Source of the DNA: Camelus ferus
Lineage: Eukaryota
Direction of reading: 5' to 3'
Length of the DNA: 64,000 nt
Assembly: GCF_009834535.1 (NCBI RefSeq)
Contig: NC_045707.1
Location: 45,944,001 to 46,008,000, forward strand
Below the pieces are notes generated by a model, which was not told the origin of the DNA, did not search any database, and saw nothing but the letters and a program-made list of their open reading frames with translations. Below are positions 25,962 to 38,527 of the stretch, piece after piece; within the stretch, counting starts at the first letter, position 1, and each line of letters opens with the position of its first letter. Made by a program: the position numbers and the translations under genes.

Positions 25962-28040
25962 TCTGTTGGGGTGGCTGCCTGGTTTACAGTTCCCCCTCAC
26001 CCTCGTAGTTGTGTCTGTGCTTGGTGACCCTCCCTCACTGCCATAGCTGATTGATGGGGGAAGACCTAACACTGAACTGAGCCAAACAGATGTTTTCATG
26101 GGAATTTGAAACTTGAATGGAGAGGCTAAGAGACATCAGAGCTGGGTGGCTTTTATGGTAGCTCTCTTTGGAGACCATTATCAGAGATTTCCTGTTTCTT
26201 GAGTTTTGGTTCTTTCACAGTTTATTTGGATCTGTGAACTATCACAAGATCCATTCCAATATATTTTTTTAATTTCTTTAAGCTAATTAAGGTCACTGAT
26301 TTGTTGTTGTTGTTATTGTTGCTTGCAAACAAAAGAACTTTAACTAATATCCAGAGTGGTTCTGGAGAATAGACTGTAGGCAAAAGAACTTCAGGAAAAT
26401 GAAGGATCTTTGGAACTGGTTATGTCTGGATAGCGTGAAAGGCAGTGCCACCTCCCTCTGCATTCTGGATAGAAAGCTAGCAACTTCAGTGATCAGTCTA
26501 TCAAATTATTGTCCTTTGTCACCAGGATCCATGAGCCTCCTGAGAATACGGCCCTTGGATACTATTTACAGCCAACATAGAACAATTTGGTGATGGAAGA
26601 AGAATGCAAGGATTATGGAGTCAGATGGTTGCTATGTTGATGCATAGACGGAAATACAAGATACCCAAATGCCTTGGTAAGACACATGTGCCAAAGGATG
26701 GAATCTGAATCTCATAGCAATATAAAGAATTGACTCCTTGGTGAAATTCTCAGGGATTCAGTGGTCTAGCAAGCACATGTTGAGATAACCCCTTTAAGTA
26801 TTAAGGATATATTGATATACCTTGCCTGTTCTACAATTAAGAAAGGCACAGTAACTTGAAGTGCCCTGGATTTTAGAGACAGCATATAAGCAGGTGTTTT
26901 GCACTTATTTACCGGGTGACCTAAAAAGCTGACAGTGCAAAAATAGTCTCTTTAGGTGGCCAAGGCTTCAGTCCAAGCAGCTCTGCTTCTTAGCCCTCTC
27001 AGAGTGTCTGAAACATTGAGATACTTCACTGAAGTCAGAAACAAGTCTCTCCAGGAGAGTCACAATGGAAGCCCATAGGATTTTGGAGTAAGACTATGCC
27101 CCCCCTTCAGGAGGATTACTGTTTTCCTTTTGAGAAACAGTTCCCAATTGCTGCTGGCCTGTTGGAGACTCTGGGACATCGGGTGCTGTCTAATCCAGCT
27201 ACTCATAAAATTGACCGTTTTCAGTAGCACTCCCATCACCTGGTAGCTGGGACCAGAGCAAGCCATGGAGGCACTTATACTTTGTGTAAGCAGATTTCTC
27301 CCCACTCTGTGCCTTTAACTACCCTATTCCCACACCTTGGCCCTACCAGTCTATCCCTTTGCCCCTTAGAGAATTGTTGGCCAATTAACTGAGAATGGAA
27401 AAAACTCAAGCCTGGCTTATAGATGTTGTTGAGCAATGTGCGCTACTCGCTGGAAGTGTACCATTGTATACCGCAGCCCCTATTCACAATTGTCTTGAAG
27501 GAAGGCAGGGGCAAATCTCAGGATCTCAAGCAATGCCTTTTGTCACATACTTTGACTTGAAGGAAACATTAGCTGAGTCAGGCTCTAAAACAATCATTGG
27601 CTATCTGGTCAGAGACTTTGGGAGAAAAAAAAGCAATGTTGATAATTAGTGTGAAGGTTTGGGCAGGACTTTGCCAATGAACCTTGAAGATTGGACCTAG
27701 AACTTAAGAAGATTTAGAACAAAGCAGCTAAGTACTTAAAGGGGTCACCTCCTGAGCACAAATCCTTGTCTTAGTGTCGGCCTCTGGGGGAACCCAACAT
27801 AAAACATGTCTGAGTCCAGCAGCTTCCTGGTGACAAGTTCATTTCATTGGACTTTTTCCATTTTGGAGGGAGCTGTGATTTGTTTCCGTGGAAACAGGCA
27901 GTTTTTCTGAATGTGGATTCTATCATACCTTGGCTAACACCAACATTCATGGGCTTAGAATGCCTTCTGCTTTGCCATACACAGAATAGTGCCCCTAGTC
28001 AAGAGACTCACTTCACAGAAAAGAGGCAATGAACTAGTGT
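25962..28040 (+). mobile_element. Decayed ERVL provirus (LTR plus pol remnants)
   Basis: LTR-like sequence 25962-26350. Pol remnants: VKFSGIQWS (~26740, RT), PIGFWSKTMP and PFEKQ (~27070-27140), EKTQAWLID (~27400, RNase H), SQETHFTEK (~28000, integrase SDQGTHFTAK-like). Confidence 0.8.
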
Positions 28041-29259
28041 TTGTGCAAGCCCTGGCTTGTGTCCCTGACATGCTCCTACCTCTCAGATACCATCTTTCTC
28101 ATTTCTCCCTCTGTCACACACCGTATGTCAGTCATACCAGCCTTCTTTCTATTCTTTAAAGAGCCAGGCTCATTCTTGTCTTGGGACCTTTGCACTTACT
28201 GTTCCTTCTGCCTGGAAAAGTAGCATCTTCGTGTCACTCCCTCTTTTGTATCATTGATGTGTCACTTTACCAATATCACTTCCACGGCAAGATGTTCTGT
28301 GTCCATCTAATCTAAAGTGGCTCCCTTGAGACCTCCTATTATTTTAAAATTCTATTTATATAAATTTGCTTGTTTTATTTTATATAGTATCTATTGAGTT
28401 TTTTTTTTTTGAGAAAAGACATGAACAACATTATTCCAGTAAATAATCTGTGTGTTCAGCATTTACCGAACACCTACTACCCACCTGAAGTAAAATAATA
28501 TTCATCAGATTTAATATTTTTTGCTAGAGGTAGGATAAGGACTGAAATTAAACAGCAGCAGCCCTAAGGAGCAAATTCTGAAATTTTAGGAAGTAAAAGC
28601 ACTTGTGGGGCATAAATTAAAGCACGCAAATAGTTATAAATAGAAAACTAAAAATGTTTCATTGAGCAGTTTTTACAGGAGAAAGAAAGAAGTACACTAA
28701 TTGCCATAATGTCATGCTGTGTTTCCAAAAAGATTGGTGATTATTTCAAGGATTTGTAATCACTTGTGTGATCAGTTTGCAAAGACTTCTAGGCCTGCAT
28801 TCCTCTTTTAAATCATACGCCTACAGAAGAAACCTATTTATAACATCCTCATTCATGCACTGGTGCCAAGTGTCCACAAGTATGAAATGCAGTTGTATCA
28901 CAGGTTCATCATCATCAGGCCACGTATGTTAGTTCTGGCTCCAGGAAGATAATATCTGCCTAATACTTACGGAAATAATGGAACCACAGAAGAGGACATA
29001 TAGTGGAAGATTGTCTAACAAATCCTTTGGGACAGAACTGGCCTCAGAGAAGTTGTTTCTCAGGCTGATGTCTGGTATTAAACCAGCCCTCCTGTCCCAG
29101 AGCAAAGGGAATACACAATGGCCACTGTGTTGCACATTTCACTTCCATGAATACAGTGTGAATGGTGTCCCTTGGAGTTGTGCCACATGCTAGTTCTGGG
29201 TTACCCACCAGGATGTGTCAGGGAGTTGAATCCAGTTTCTGGAAAGCACATATCTCGAC

Positions 29260-29810
29260 ATCTGTTGTTTGGGTTTGCCCAGCATCCTTTTTCCTTTCTT
29301 CTTCACAGAATCCTGACTTATCTCGAGGACCATCCCTCCCCTACTTTCAGTCCGTGTGGGTCACTGGATTTGTACCCCCTCTCTAATAATTCTCAGAGTA
29401 TTGTATCCCACTGGCTTCAGCTATTGGCTCAGGATTGAATAACTGACCCAAGACAGACCAGTGAAACTCAACTACAGGAATTCAGCTGGAAATACTGAAA
29501 GATAGGATTCCTCATTCCATGAGACTTGAAGCTTGGAGGATAGATGCCAGGTGTGGCTGCAGGGCACTGTATGCATCAAAGAAGGCAGCCTGAAAATGAA
29601 GCCAGTGCAAGAGAAAGTGGAGCCAAGAGAAGGCATGAGACAGATTCCCGATTACAGTGTTTAACAGCTGGCTGTAGATGTGCCTGATGCTGGAATTCAC
29701 TTAGACTTTTCAGTTCTGTGAACCAATAAATGTCTGTTTTTTTTTCCCCCTGAATTTAGATTGACATAGGTTCTTTCACTTACAACTGAATGTCCTCACC
29801 TGTATAACAT
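29260..29810 (+). mobile_element. Old MLT1 (K/L-like) LTR
   Basis: ttgcccagcatcc...gacttttcagttctgtgaaccaataaat...cacttacaactgaa. Confidence 0.65.
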
Positions 29811-31092
29811 CCTTATGACTTTATCACTTCTCCTTTGTAGTAATAAAATTTGTTATTGGTTATGTGCCATCTTTCTTCCTAGAATTAGCCCTGACTATGA
29901 ATTTTTGATTCATAAATATGGGCATATTATAGAACAGTGATGTTTGTTAGGCTTCGTTACTATAAACAAATTTTTAAAAAACTTTTATTTTAAAAACTTA
30001 AAGTTTTGCATCAAAGTGGATGCATACATTCCATGAAACTTATGCATGTGCATGTGAGGATATATCTGGGTCTTTAAAATTCCTGTATGTGATGGCGCCA
30101 CCAAATGATTCCAGTTAGAAGGGTCTGCAGATTTGGCTGCATGTAGCCTGGACTTAGAACTTTGAACCACGATAAAATTGCTAAAAAATGGACTATCATT
30201 CTTATGTTACTAAATAAGGCTGAACATCAACTGTACAATTTTAGGTGATTTACGATACTCTTCTCAAAGCTATAGAAAGAGAAAGAAAAAAAATGTGTGC
30301 CTGAAAACCTGTGTCCTAATTTGAAATTTAAAAATTAAGTTACCATGAAAAACTATTTTCTCATCTATGAAAAGCAATTTTTTGCAGGTAGGATCAATAA
30401 ATTTGTAATGTTAAGAGTTTCATCTAAATCACTAGAACCATTAACTCAAACTTGAGCTAGGTGGAAGAAACAAAACTTACTCATGGAAGAAGCAGTTGTC
30501 CATATAAAAGCCATGCACGCAAAATATGTACATCTCACAAGTATCGTCTAATCTAATACAGCTGTATCCAGTTGCTAAGAGAGGATGCCCACCCGGGATA
30601 GAGTTGCTCATCAGAATCTGGGAGGCATCTATAGTTTGAATAAGCATATACAACAATAAAACATAATTTTGCATTGGGAAAGTGGATAAAACAATCCACC
30701 CTATTATTTTCAAATACAAACTGCAAGAAACAAAACTCAGTAAAATTCTCAGTCATTAGAACATGTGAGTTTAAAAAGGGTTGAGAATTGGGATCAAATG
30801 CTAACAGGCATGGGATTTTGGGGGAGGACAGGGAAGTGATAGAATCAGATAGTGTTCTAGAATCAGATAGTGAAGATGGTTGCACAAAATTGTAAATATA
30901 CTAAAAACTATTGAATTATATACTTTAAAATGGTTTCTAAGGTGAATTTTGTGCTATGTGACTTTTAGCTCAAATTTTAAAAAAGAATTAAAAAAACTCA
31001 GTTCTAGTGGGTTATTGAGAGTAATCCTGTGTCCTCAGCATAAAAGAAAGTGACATTTACCCTGCTCTAGATCCTCTTAAAAACTACTCTGT

Positions 31093-31262
31093 GGGAGGAG
31101 AGTATAGCTCAGTGGTAGAGTGCGTGCTTAGCATGCACAAGGTCCTGGGTTCAATCCCCAGTACCTCCATTAAAATAAATAAACCTGATTACCCCCACAA
31201 ATAAAAAATAATGATTTTTTAAAAATTTTAAGCAAGAAAAACATGAAAAACAGAACTAAACT
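31093..31262 (+). mobile_element. tRNA-derived SINE (Vic-1-like), least decayed copy
   Basis: Intact A and B boxes. TSD aaactactctgt at 31081-31092 and 31263-31274, at a TT/AAAA site. Confidence 0.92.
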
Positions 31263-33674
31263 AAACTACTCTGTCTCTGTGCAAGGACCATATGATTATT
31301 CCACCATTTTGTAATTGGGCTTAGTATAGATTGAGCTGAGTTTCTACAAATTCTGTTACCTTTAGGTGAGTGCAGTGTTGCTTGAGCGTGGATGAGGTTT
31401 GGATTAAAGGTCTGGGATGGGGTGGGGGCGAAAGGTAAGGCTGTGTGTGTAGAGGGGCGGGGGTGGATGAGGATGCCAAGTTCCTGAGCATTGTAAGACA
31501 ACACAAAAGTGGACAGTAAAAGGAGGGGCTGGAAGGTTGATTGACGAGGATGCCTTGAGATTGGATTTTGATACCTCTGGCTTGGGGAGAATCTCAGGAA
31601 ACTGGCTATATAGAAAATCAATCTAAAAATGCATTCAATAATAAGACATTTAACAACACACCTAGTAAAGAATCTGTAGTTAAGCTTGAAGAAACTTGTA
31701 GTCTCTGAGTTCAATGGCCAAATAACATTATCAGGGAATCTGATTTTTCCCGTCTGTCTGCTCTACCATCCTAAATATGGTGATTTATAGTCTGGCTCCT
31801 TTCACAGTCCTAAAATGAATCCTGCAGTTCTGGGCATCACATCCAGAGCCAGGAAAAGGGGGGTGCACCTGTCTTATATACCTTTTTATGACAGCACAAA
31901 ATTCTTCCTAGAAACTTTCAGCAGAATTACATCTCATGCCCATGTCTAAACCAGTCATTTGGCAAGGATCATGCGACAACCGTGTTTGGTTTATTAATCA
32001 ACAGTCATCCCAGAGGCTAGACAAGGACTTAGTCTTGTTGAAAGACATGGAGAGCAAGCAAAATTTAGATTCTGTTAACAAAAGCTGGAGGAATGTGGCT
32101 AGCATTAATGATGTCTGTTGTGGAGAATCCTAATCCAAGCTTGGTGGTGCCTACCCAGCTCCAGTGATGTGATTAATATTCCCCAATGGAGAAAAGTGGC
32201 CTGTACGCTGGAAAAAATACCATTCTACTTCAGCTTTGTCCAAAAATGTAGCGATGTTTTGACAAACCTCTCTTTGTTTTGAAATATGTCCTTCTCTGTG
32301 ACCTCAGATGACCTCCCTTGCTTAGGTGGGCTTTACCAGGGCATCTCAAACAAGGTTGTTGCACTTAGAAGCAGCTTCTGCTACAGGCTGACCTGAATTT
32401 TTCAGTTTGAGAATTGAGATGGCCATAAAATTGTCCTCTAGCTGTGCTTGCTTCCCCAGCTCCCTTACAGTCCCCACATCCTAAATTAAAAACCCTTAAC
32501 TAATTTCCCAGTGGTGAAGAAGAGTTAAGGTCTTAATCGTACATTTTTCTCTCATGGTCTTTTGGGGCAGAGTTGTTGCCTGACTTTTGACTGAGTACAG
32601 CTGCTTTACCTTCTTTTTCTTGTTGATCAGTGTTTGCTCACTGAGTTTGATGTTGAGATTTCTCTTAGGGTCCTAGAATTAGCAACTGTTTCATTTTGCA
32701 TACTGCGAATGTATCTACTCTGTTTTTGGAGAACATTTTGAAATCTAAGAAATTAATTTATTTGCCCAAGTATACAACACACTTGTACAATTTAAGATTC
32801 AATAATCATTTCAGAACACTCAATTGTTATTTCTTATTTTCTTAACAAATATCCCACACAGTTTGGTTCTTTCTAGCGCTGCTGCATGAGGGAAGCAGCA
32901 AGGTGGATTGGAGAGCTAATTGACTCTAGAGTTGACCTTGAGCCAACCAACTTTAGCTTTGGGCAACTAACAACTTCTAGGACCTCAGTTTCCTCATCTG
33001 TAACACAGACATAATTAAACCCTCCTCACAGAGTTCTTAGGTAAAGCATCAGACATAAGGTATGATAATAATACTAATGGCTACCTGATTATCTTGGTAG
33101 AACCATAGGCAAAATATCTGAAAACCTAACAAAAATTTTTTCATAGTAATAATTTCGTTTACTGATTTATAATTCTTGAAAGTATGATCAATTTTAGGCC
33201 TTTTTGTTATTACTTATTTTAAATAAATAGAATCATAAATACTAACTAGTCCAACTAAACCTCATACTAAATGTCAATATTGATCACTATACAAGAATGA
33301 GAGATATTTTTAAAGTTATTTTATGTAATACTCCTTCAAATTTTAATAAAAACTAATTTTGAATTATTTTACTGATTAAAAATCTCTAATAAATGTTAAC
33401 TATTCTATTTGGAAACAAAGTTCAAAATGTAGCTGTTATATTAGATTTTATCTTTATGGTACTTTTATTTATGGGGAAAATGGGACTTAATATTTTCAGA
33501 GATGTACAGCTAATGTCCCACCTCCTATGGTGGCTAATTATAAATGATTTAGGAAGGTCAAACTAGTTCCATAGCACATTCCAGACTGCTGTGGATTCTG
33601 TAATGTTTTGCCTTTGCCGAGACAACTAAGACAAGCTAAGGATGATGAAAATCACTCTTATCGCTGGTTCAGTT

Positions 33675-34240
33675 AATGTGGTGGACATGTGTTGTCCGCT
33701 CAGTGCCAGTTCTCTTCTCTTTGGGGAAATATCATCCACTTTCTGTGAGGGACTTCTTCCCATCCCAGCCCTGCTGACCAAAGTATCCCACCTCCCGTCC
33801 TTATACCACGAGTGAACGTGTGACCAAGGCTCAGCCAATCCAAGCACCATCCTTTTGGCCCCAATTAGTAGCCCAGGACAGGCCTGCAGCCCAGCCTAGG
33901 GTAACAAATCCTCCCCTGGGATTTTTCCTAAGTGAAACTAGTAGAGGAAATGCTCTTTCCTCTCGGGGCCACAGAGCTATAGACAGCTCCAGGGTTATTG
34001 CCAGCTGTGTTTTCACCCTCAGAGAAAAGCCCAAGGAAATAAAGGTAACACCCTCAGAAAAGCAGAAAGAGAGTCCCAGGGGTGTTAAGTCCCGGTTTCT
34101 AGTTCCAGAGGTCCTCAGAGCTGCCCTGATTCCTAGGTATCTTCTTTGATTCCATGAGTTACTCCATCCCCCAAATCTTTTTGCTCAAGTGAAGTTCAAG
34201 CAGAATGTCTTGTATTAGCAGTAAAAATACCCCCGTCAAA
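33675..34240 (+). mobile_element. Old ERVL/MaLR-type LTR
   Basis: tgtggtggacatgtgttgtccgctcagtgcc...gtgaccaaggctcagccaatc motifs. Confidence 0.55.
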
Positions 34241-37200
34241 TGTGGTAGGACGTTAGTATTCTTCAGCTGGTACTTGGCTAACAATCAGTGCTTTCCAAAT
34301 TTACGAACAGAGTAGTGGAAGAGAGTCATTTTTATTCTTCTGAGATATAATTATTAGTGTCTTATTTAATACTATGTGGCTTTATAGGAATAAATGTCAT
34401 TGTAATTAGATTACAGGGATTTATTTGACAGCCTTCTGTAACCTTCAGTTTTCTACAGATGGAATGGTTTTCTCTGGCTAAGGTTGTCACTCCAAACCTG
34501 GACTTTGACTGAGGATTGTGATTTTGAGTCATTTTTATGAGGCCTTTAGCCTAACTCAGGCTTTGCTCCTGCCTCATCTGTGCAGCATCCTGACAGCAGA
34601 TCAGCTTACGTTTGCCAGTTTTGGTCTGACAGTCAGCACCTAGTCCATGTTCTTCTGACTATGTTCAGCGGATCTTTTGCTTCTGCTCATGGCGCTTGTA
34701 TCACTTGATGTTGATTTCTTTTCAGCTGTTGCTAGGAAACACCATCGGCATCCATTCGTCCTTTAGAATTACAATCAACTCAGGCTCTTCCTGACTTGAA
34801 GAACCGTATTGCAAATGCAGAGGCAGTGTCAGAAGATTACCATTCAGTTTTGTGAAGGGTCATCAGGAGTGTGGTTGGGGCTCAGGGAGGGTAGGTAACA
34901 TCTTTGCAAGTCAAGTATCCTTTAGGGTCTTCCTGCTCTTTTAGATCTAGATAAAATTTAACTCAAACTCTCACCCCTTCTTTCACTTTTGGAGAAAGTC
35001 CAGTAAATCTATCAAAGGATTCGGGGAAGGGCAGAGTTTATGTTCTTACAGATGAACCTCTGGCCCCAGATTCCCATTTCTGTTGAATTAGTTCATTCAT
35101 TGGAATATATCATCCTATATATGCTGTCCATTTCTGTTCTACATCAACACACACGTAGGACTCATCTCCTTCTCTTATTTCCATTAAAAGTTACTCACGA
35201 TAGATATTTTAGTGCCTAGCAGACTTTAAAGGTTTGGGGTGACAGATGGTCTTATGTTTCAAAAAGACTATCAGTGTCGAAACTAATATCAGATCTTTGT
35301 AAATGTCCTTTTCCATTCTCGTATGTTGCTTGCATCTCCTCTCTTCTCCTCACTTTCTGTCATTTCCTACTGAAAAGGGGAAAAAAATAGGAAACTGAGT
35401 TGTTCACATTTTTTAATACAGAACAGTTCAGCTTTCATCTGTCTTATGCATATCTAAGGACTGCTTTGTCATCACAGGGTAGAAGGGCCCAGGTTATCAA
35501 TGAGTGGGGATGGGGTTCTTTCTGACTTACACCAATATTTATGGGGCTCACTGTGCTCCAGGCTCTTTTCATGTATTATCTCATTTGATTCTCACAACCA
35601 ACCTGTGAGGCAGGTACTATTATTGTCCATCTTATAAATGAGGAAACAGACATGGAAAGATAAATGACTGTGCCCAGGGGCCCTCAGCTAGTTGATCTCG
35701 AATACAAGTTCCAGTGTATTCTAGCAACCACTATAGAGAAACCCAAGCCAAGTAATTCCAACCTGATGACCTCATGGAGCTGCCCACAGCCCTGGACTGC
35801 TGACCTCTGAACTTCTTTTAGGTGAGAGAAAACTGCGTCTCTACCATCAGCCATATTATTTCTAATCTCTCTTACTAGCAGCTGAACATATTATATTCAT
35901 ATTATATTTTGGGGTTAAAAATATAAGACGAATATCCAATATTTAAAAATTGGGAGATTGCACATAATAATCTAGAGTCCTACTTTCTCTTGAAAAATAA
36001 TCCCATCAACACCTGGGTCTGTATTACTCTTGGCAACAATCCACTGCAGCTCAGCAACTAGTAGATAACTGGTTTATGTTACTTGCAGGCTTTTGAGTTT
36101 CCTTCACCTCTATTTTTGTCACTAATCTAGCAGGCTGGTGAACAGAAAGAGGAAGGAGTGTTGTGGGGCTGAGATGGACAGTTGATGTGTCCACCTTCTT
36201 CCTACCTGTGATGGGACCTCTGCAATTCTAGACTCTAGAGGCTCTTGAGAGGGCATTTGTAGCTTTGCTCAGGACTAGAGAGAGGGGGAAGGACTTCTCA
36301 CATACCTAGAGCATGATGGCTGCAGTGACGGTGGCCAGTAACGAGGGCTGCATAGGGTGGCAGTACTAGAGGTGTCTGAAGCAGTGAGCGGTGCCTGAAA
36401 CCCTGGAGTGAGCTTGAAGGTGGAGCCCCAGAGATTCAGCAGTGATGGCATTCCCTCAGAGATCAAATGTGGCCCCACCTTGGGAGGCTGACAGGATCTA
36501 GCAGTTCTGGGAAGGAAAAGGCCACCTGGGGTCCAGGGGGGAAATGACTGATCCCTTACTAGAGTTTGAGAATCTATATTCTTGAGATGCCTCTCCCAGG
36601 AGCAAGAAAACCCTGTCTCCAGACCTAGCACTAAAATGTCCCACGTGGCTGGGGCTGCAGCTATTCTCCTGGAATTGGATCTCATTTACATGTTAACTAA
36701 ATCGAAGGGAGGGAACAGAAGGTCAACCTTGGGATTCCCCAGAGCTTCCTTTCCTGCTCTGATTGATGCTGTGTTTATTCATTCACTCATTTACACATGC
36801 ATGCATGTATTTCTTCCCTTACCTCTTTCCCTAGAGGACTTGTGGATGCTTACCAGAAGAATACCACAATTCTTAAAGAATACAATATAATAAAATTAAA
36901 GAATAATAGATGTAGCATGTATAATTTTTAGTTCAGAATATCTCTGCTGTATTTTTATTAAAAATAAACATTATAGAAAATTTAGAAAATATAAACAAGA
37001 AAAAAAAAGATTCAAAGAGAATATTCATTATCGTACCACCCAGAGAAAATCACTAGAAATACCTTAAAGTTTATCTTCTCATTCTTTCTGTGCAGAAATG
37101 TAAATGTTTTAATATTTGGGGGGAAAAAAGTGATTATAACCTCCATATTGTTTTCTAACCTGCTTTTTTTACTCAATAATGTATTTTGAACATTATTTAA

Positions 37201-38039
37201 AGTTCATATATTTTTATCTACGGCATCATTTTAAGTGAATGAATAGGATTCCATTATAGGGATATATTATAGTTTATTTAATCAAGCCCTTATTACCGGG
37301 CAAGACTTTGAAATCAGCTGCCCTATTCTGACATACTGGTTGGAGAATTCTACTTCAGATAAATATATTGGCGCTCTCAGCCTCATGGACTTTGGCCTGA
37401 ACCCAAAACAAGTAGCCCAAGAGGAAAAAAAAATCTGTTGAACAATCATCATGCTACTGAAACGTTTTTACTATTCTCTTCTAAGCACAAAAGAATGACT
37501 GTTCTCCTCACCCTCTGTCTTCCATGTTATGTAGCTCATTAGAGATTCTAGCTGGGCTACTTCACCATTGTTAACTGTGCCTTCTTTAACTGGGGAAATT
37601 CTTCAGTGAATGAGCAGTGATCCATCTTCCTGTGGCTTACCTGAACCAGAGAGTGACCTGCAGAATGTTAATACGGTGCTGGGTTTCAGGAAGAAACCAT
37701 CCCTGTAAATAAATAAAGCAAGAACTTAACAGAACATTAACTCCCTCTTTGGGGTGTGTCCCATGAGTCCTTCTAAGAACGTTGGGTTAAGTATATGCAT
37801 CAAGATCTGTCTTCAGAGATTACTCATATGAGTTGTTATCCTGTGTCTTATTTCATTTGGTGAAGCAGCTGCTAGCCAGCTGAGCACGGCCACAGTCACA
37901 CCATGGGGGCCTTCTTTTCCAGTTATCACCTTTTTTTTTTTTAAAGCAAAAAAAGTCACCTCCAGGAGATACTTTTGCTATTTGCCTTTATCTTTGATTT
38001 AGAAGCATTTCGCCTTTCTCTATACGTCTGATACGAGGA

Positions 38040-38527
38040 GACCTGTTGCTGGCTGTCCAGCCTCTCTTCCCCTTCCTTCATAATACCAATATCCTACTTA
38101 CTTTAGGAAACCGTCACTTGTACCATTCTCAGCCATGCAGAATTTGTGTGAGGGACTCTACAACCATCACTGATTAGAACCTGCTTTCCCTCCACCTAGA
38201 CACAGTGATTGGTTCAAAGGCAACCACAGGACTTAAGCAAGTCCAGTCAGAGATACTTTGATAGAGATTCTGGGACGCAGAGTCCTTTCTCTTCTGTTTG
38301 ATATTAATAAGGAAGCACATCTTTCAGCACTGAGGAGAGCCAGCCTTAGGATGAACAGAGTAGAGATGGGAAGAAACCAAATCCTCTTGCGTTGCTGGAT
38401 CGAATCTTGCTCAAGTCCATTCTACATTTGTCCCTTTCAAGCATGCGAGCTAATAAATTATTTTTCTTTCTAAGCCAGTTTGGGGAAGTTTTTCTGATGC
38501 TTATGCCTGAAAGATACCTAACCTAAT
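38040..38527 (+). mobile_element. Old MLT1 (K/L-like) LTR
   Basis: cacagtgattggttca...gagctaataaatt...taagccagtttggg...gaaagatacctaac. Confidence 0.7.

Noticed and set aside
31093..31170. tRNA gene
   Set aside because: The A-rich tail, TSD and multiple diverged copies show it is a SINE.
31256..31714. 152-aa minus-strand ORF
   Set aside because: It partly overlaps LTR-like sequence and has no recognisable protein features.
28746..32207. Assigning the minus-strand peptide to SLC22, MFSD13 or a GPCR family
   Set aside because: Only short motif resemblances, with no consistent alignment. Left unnamed.
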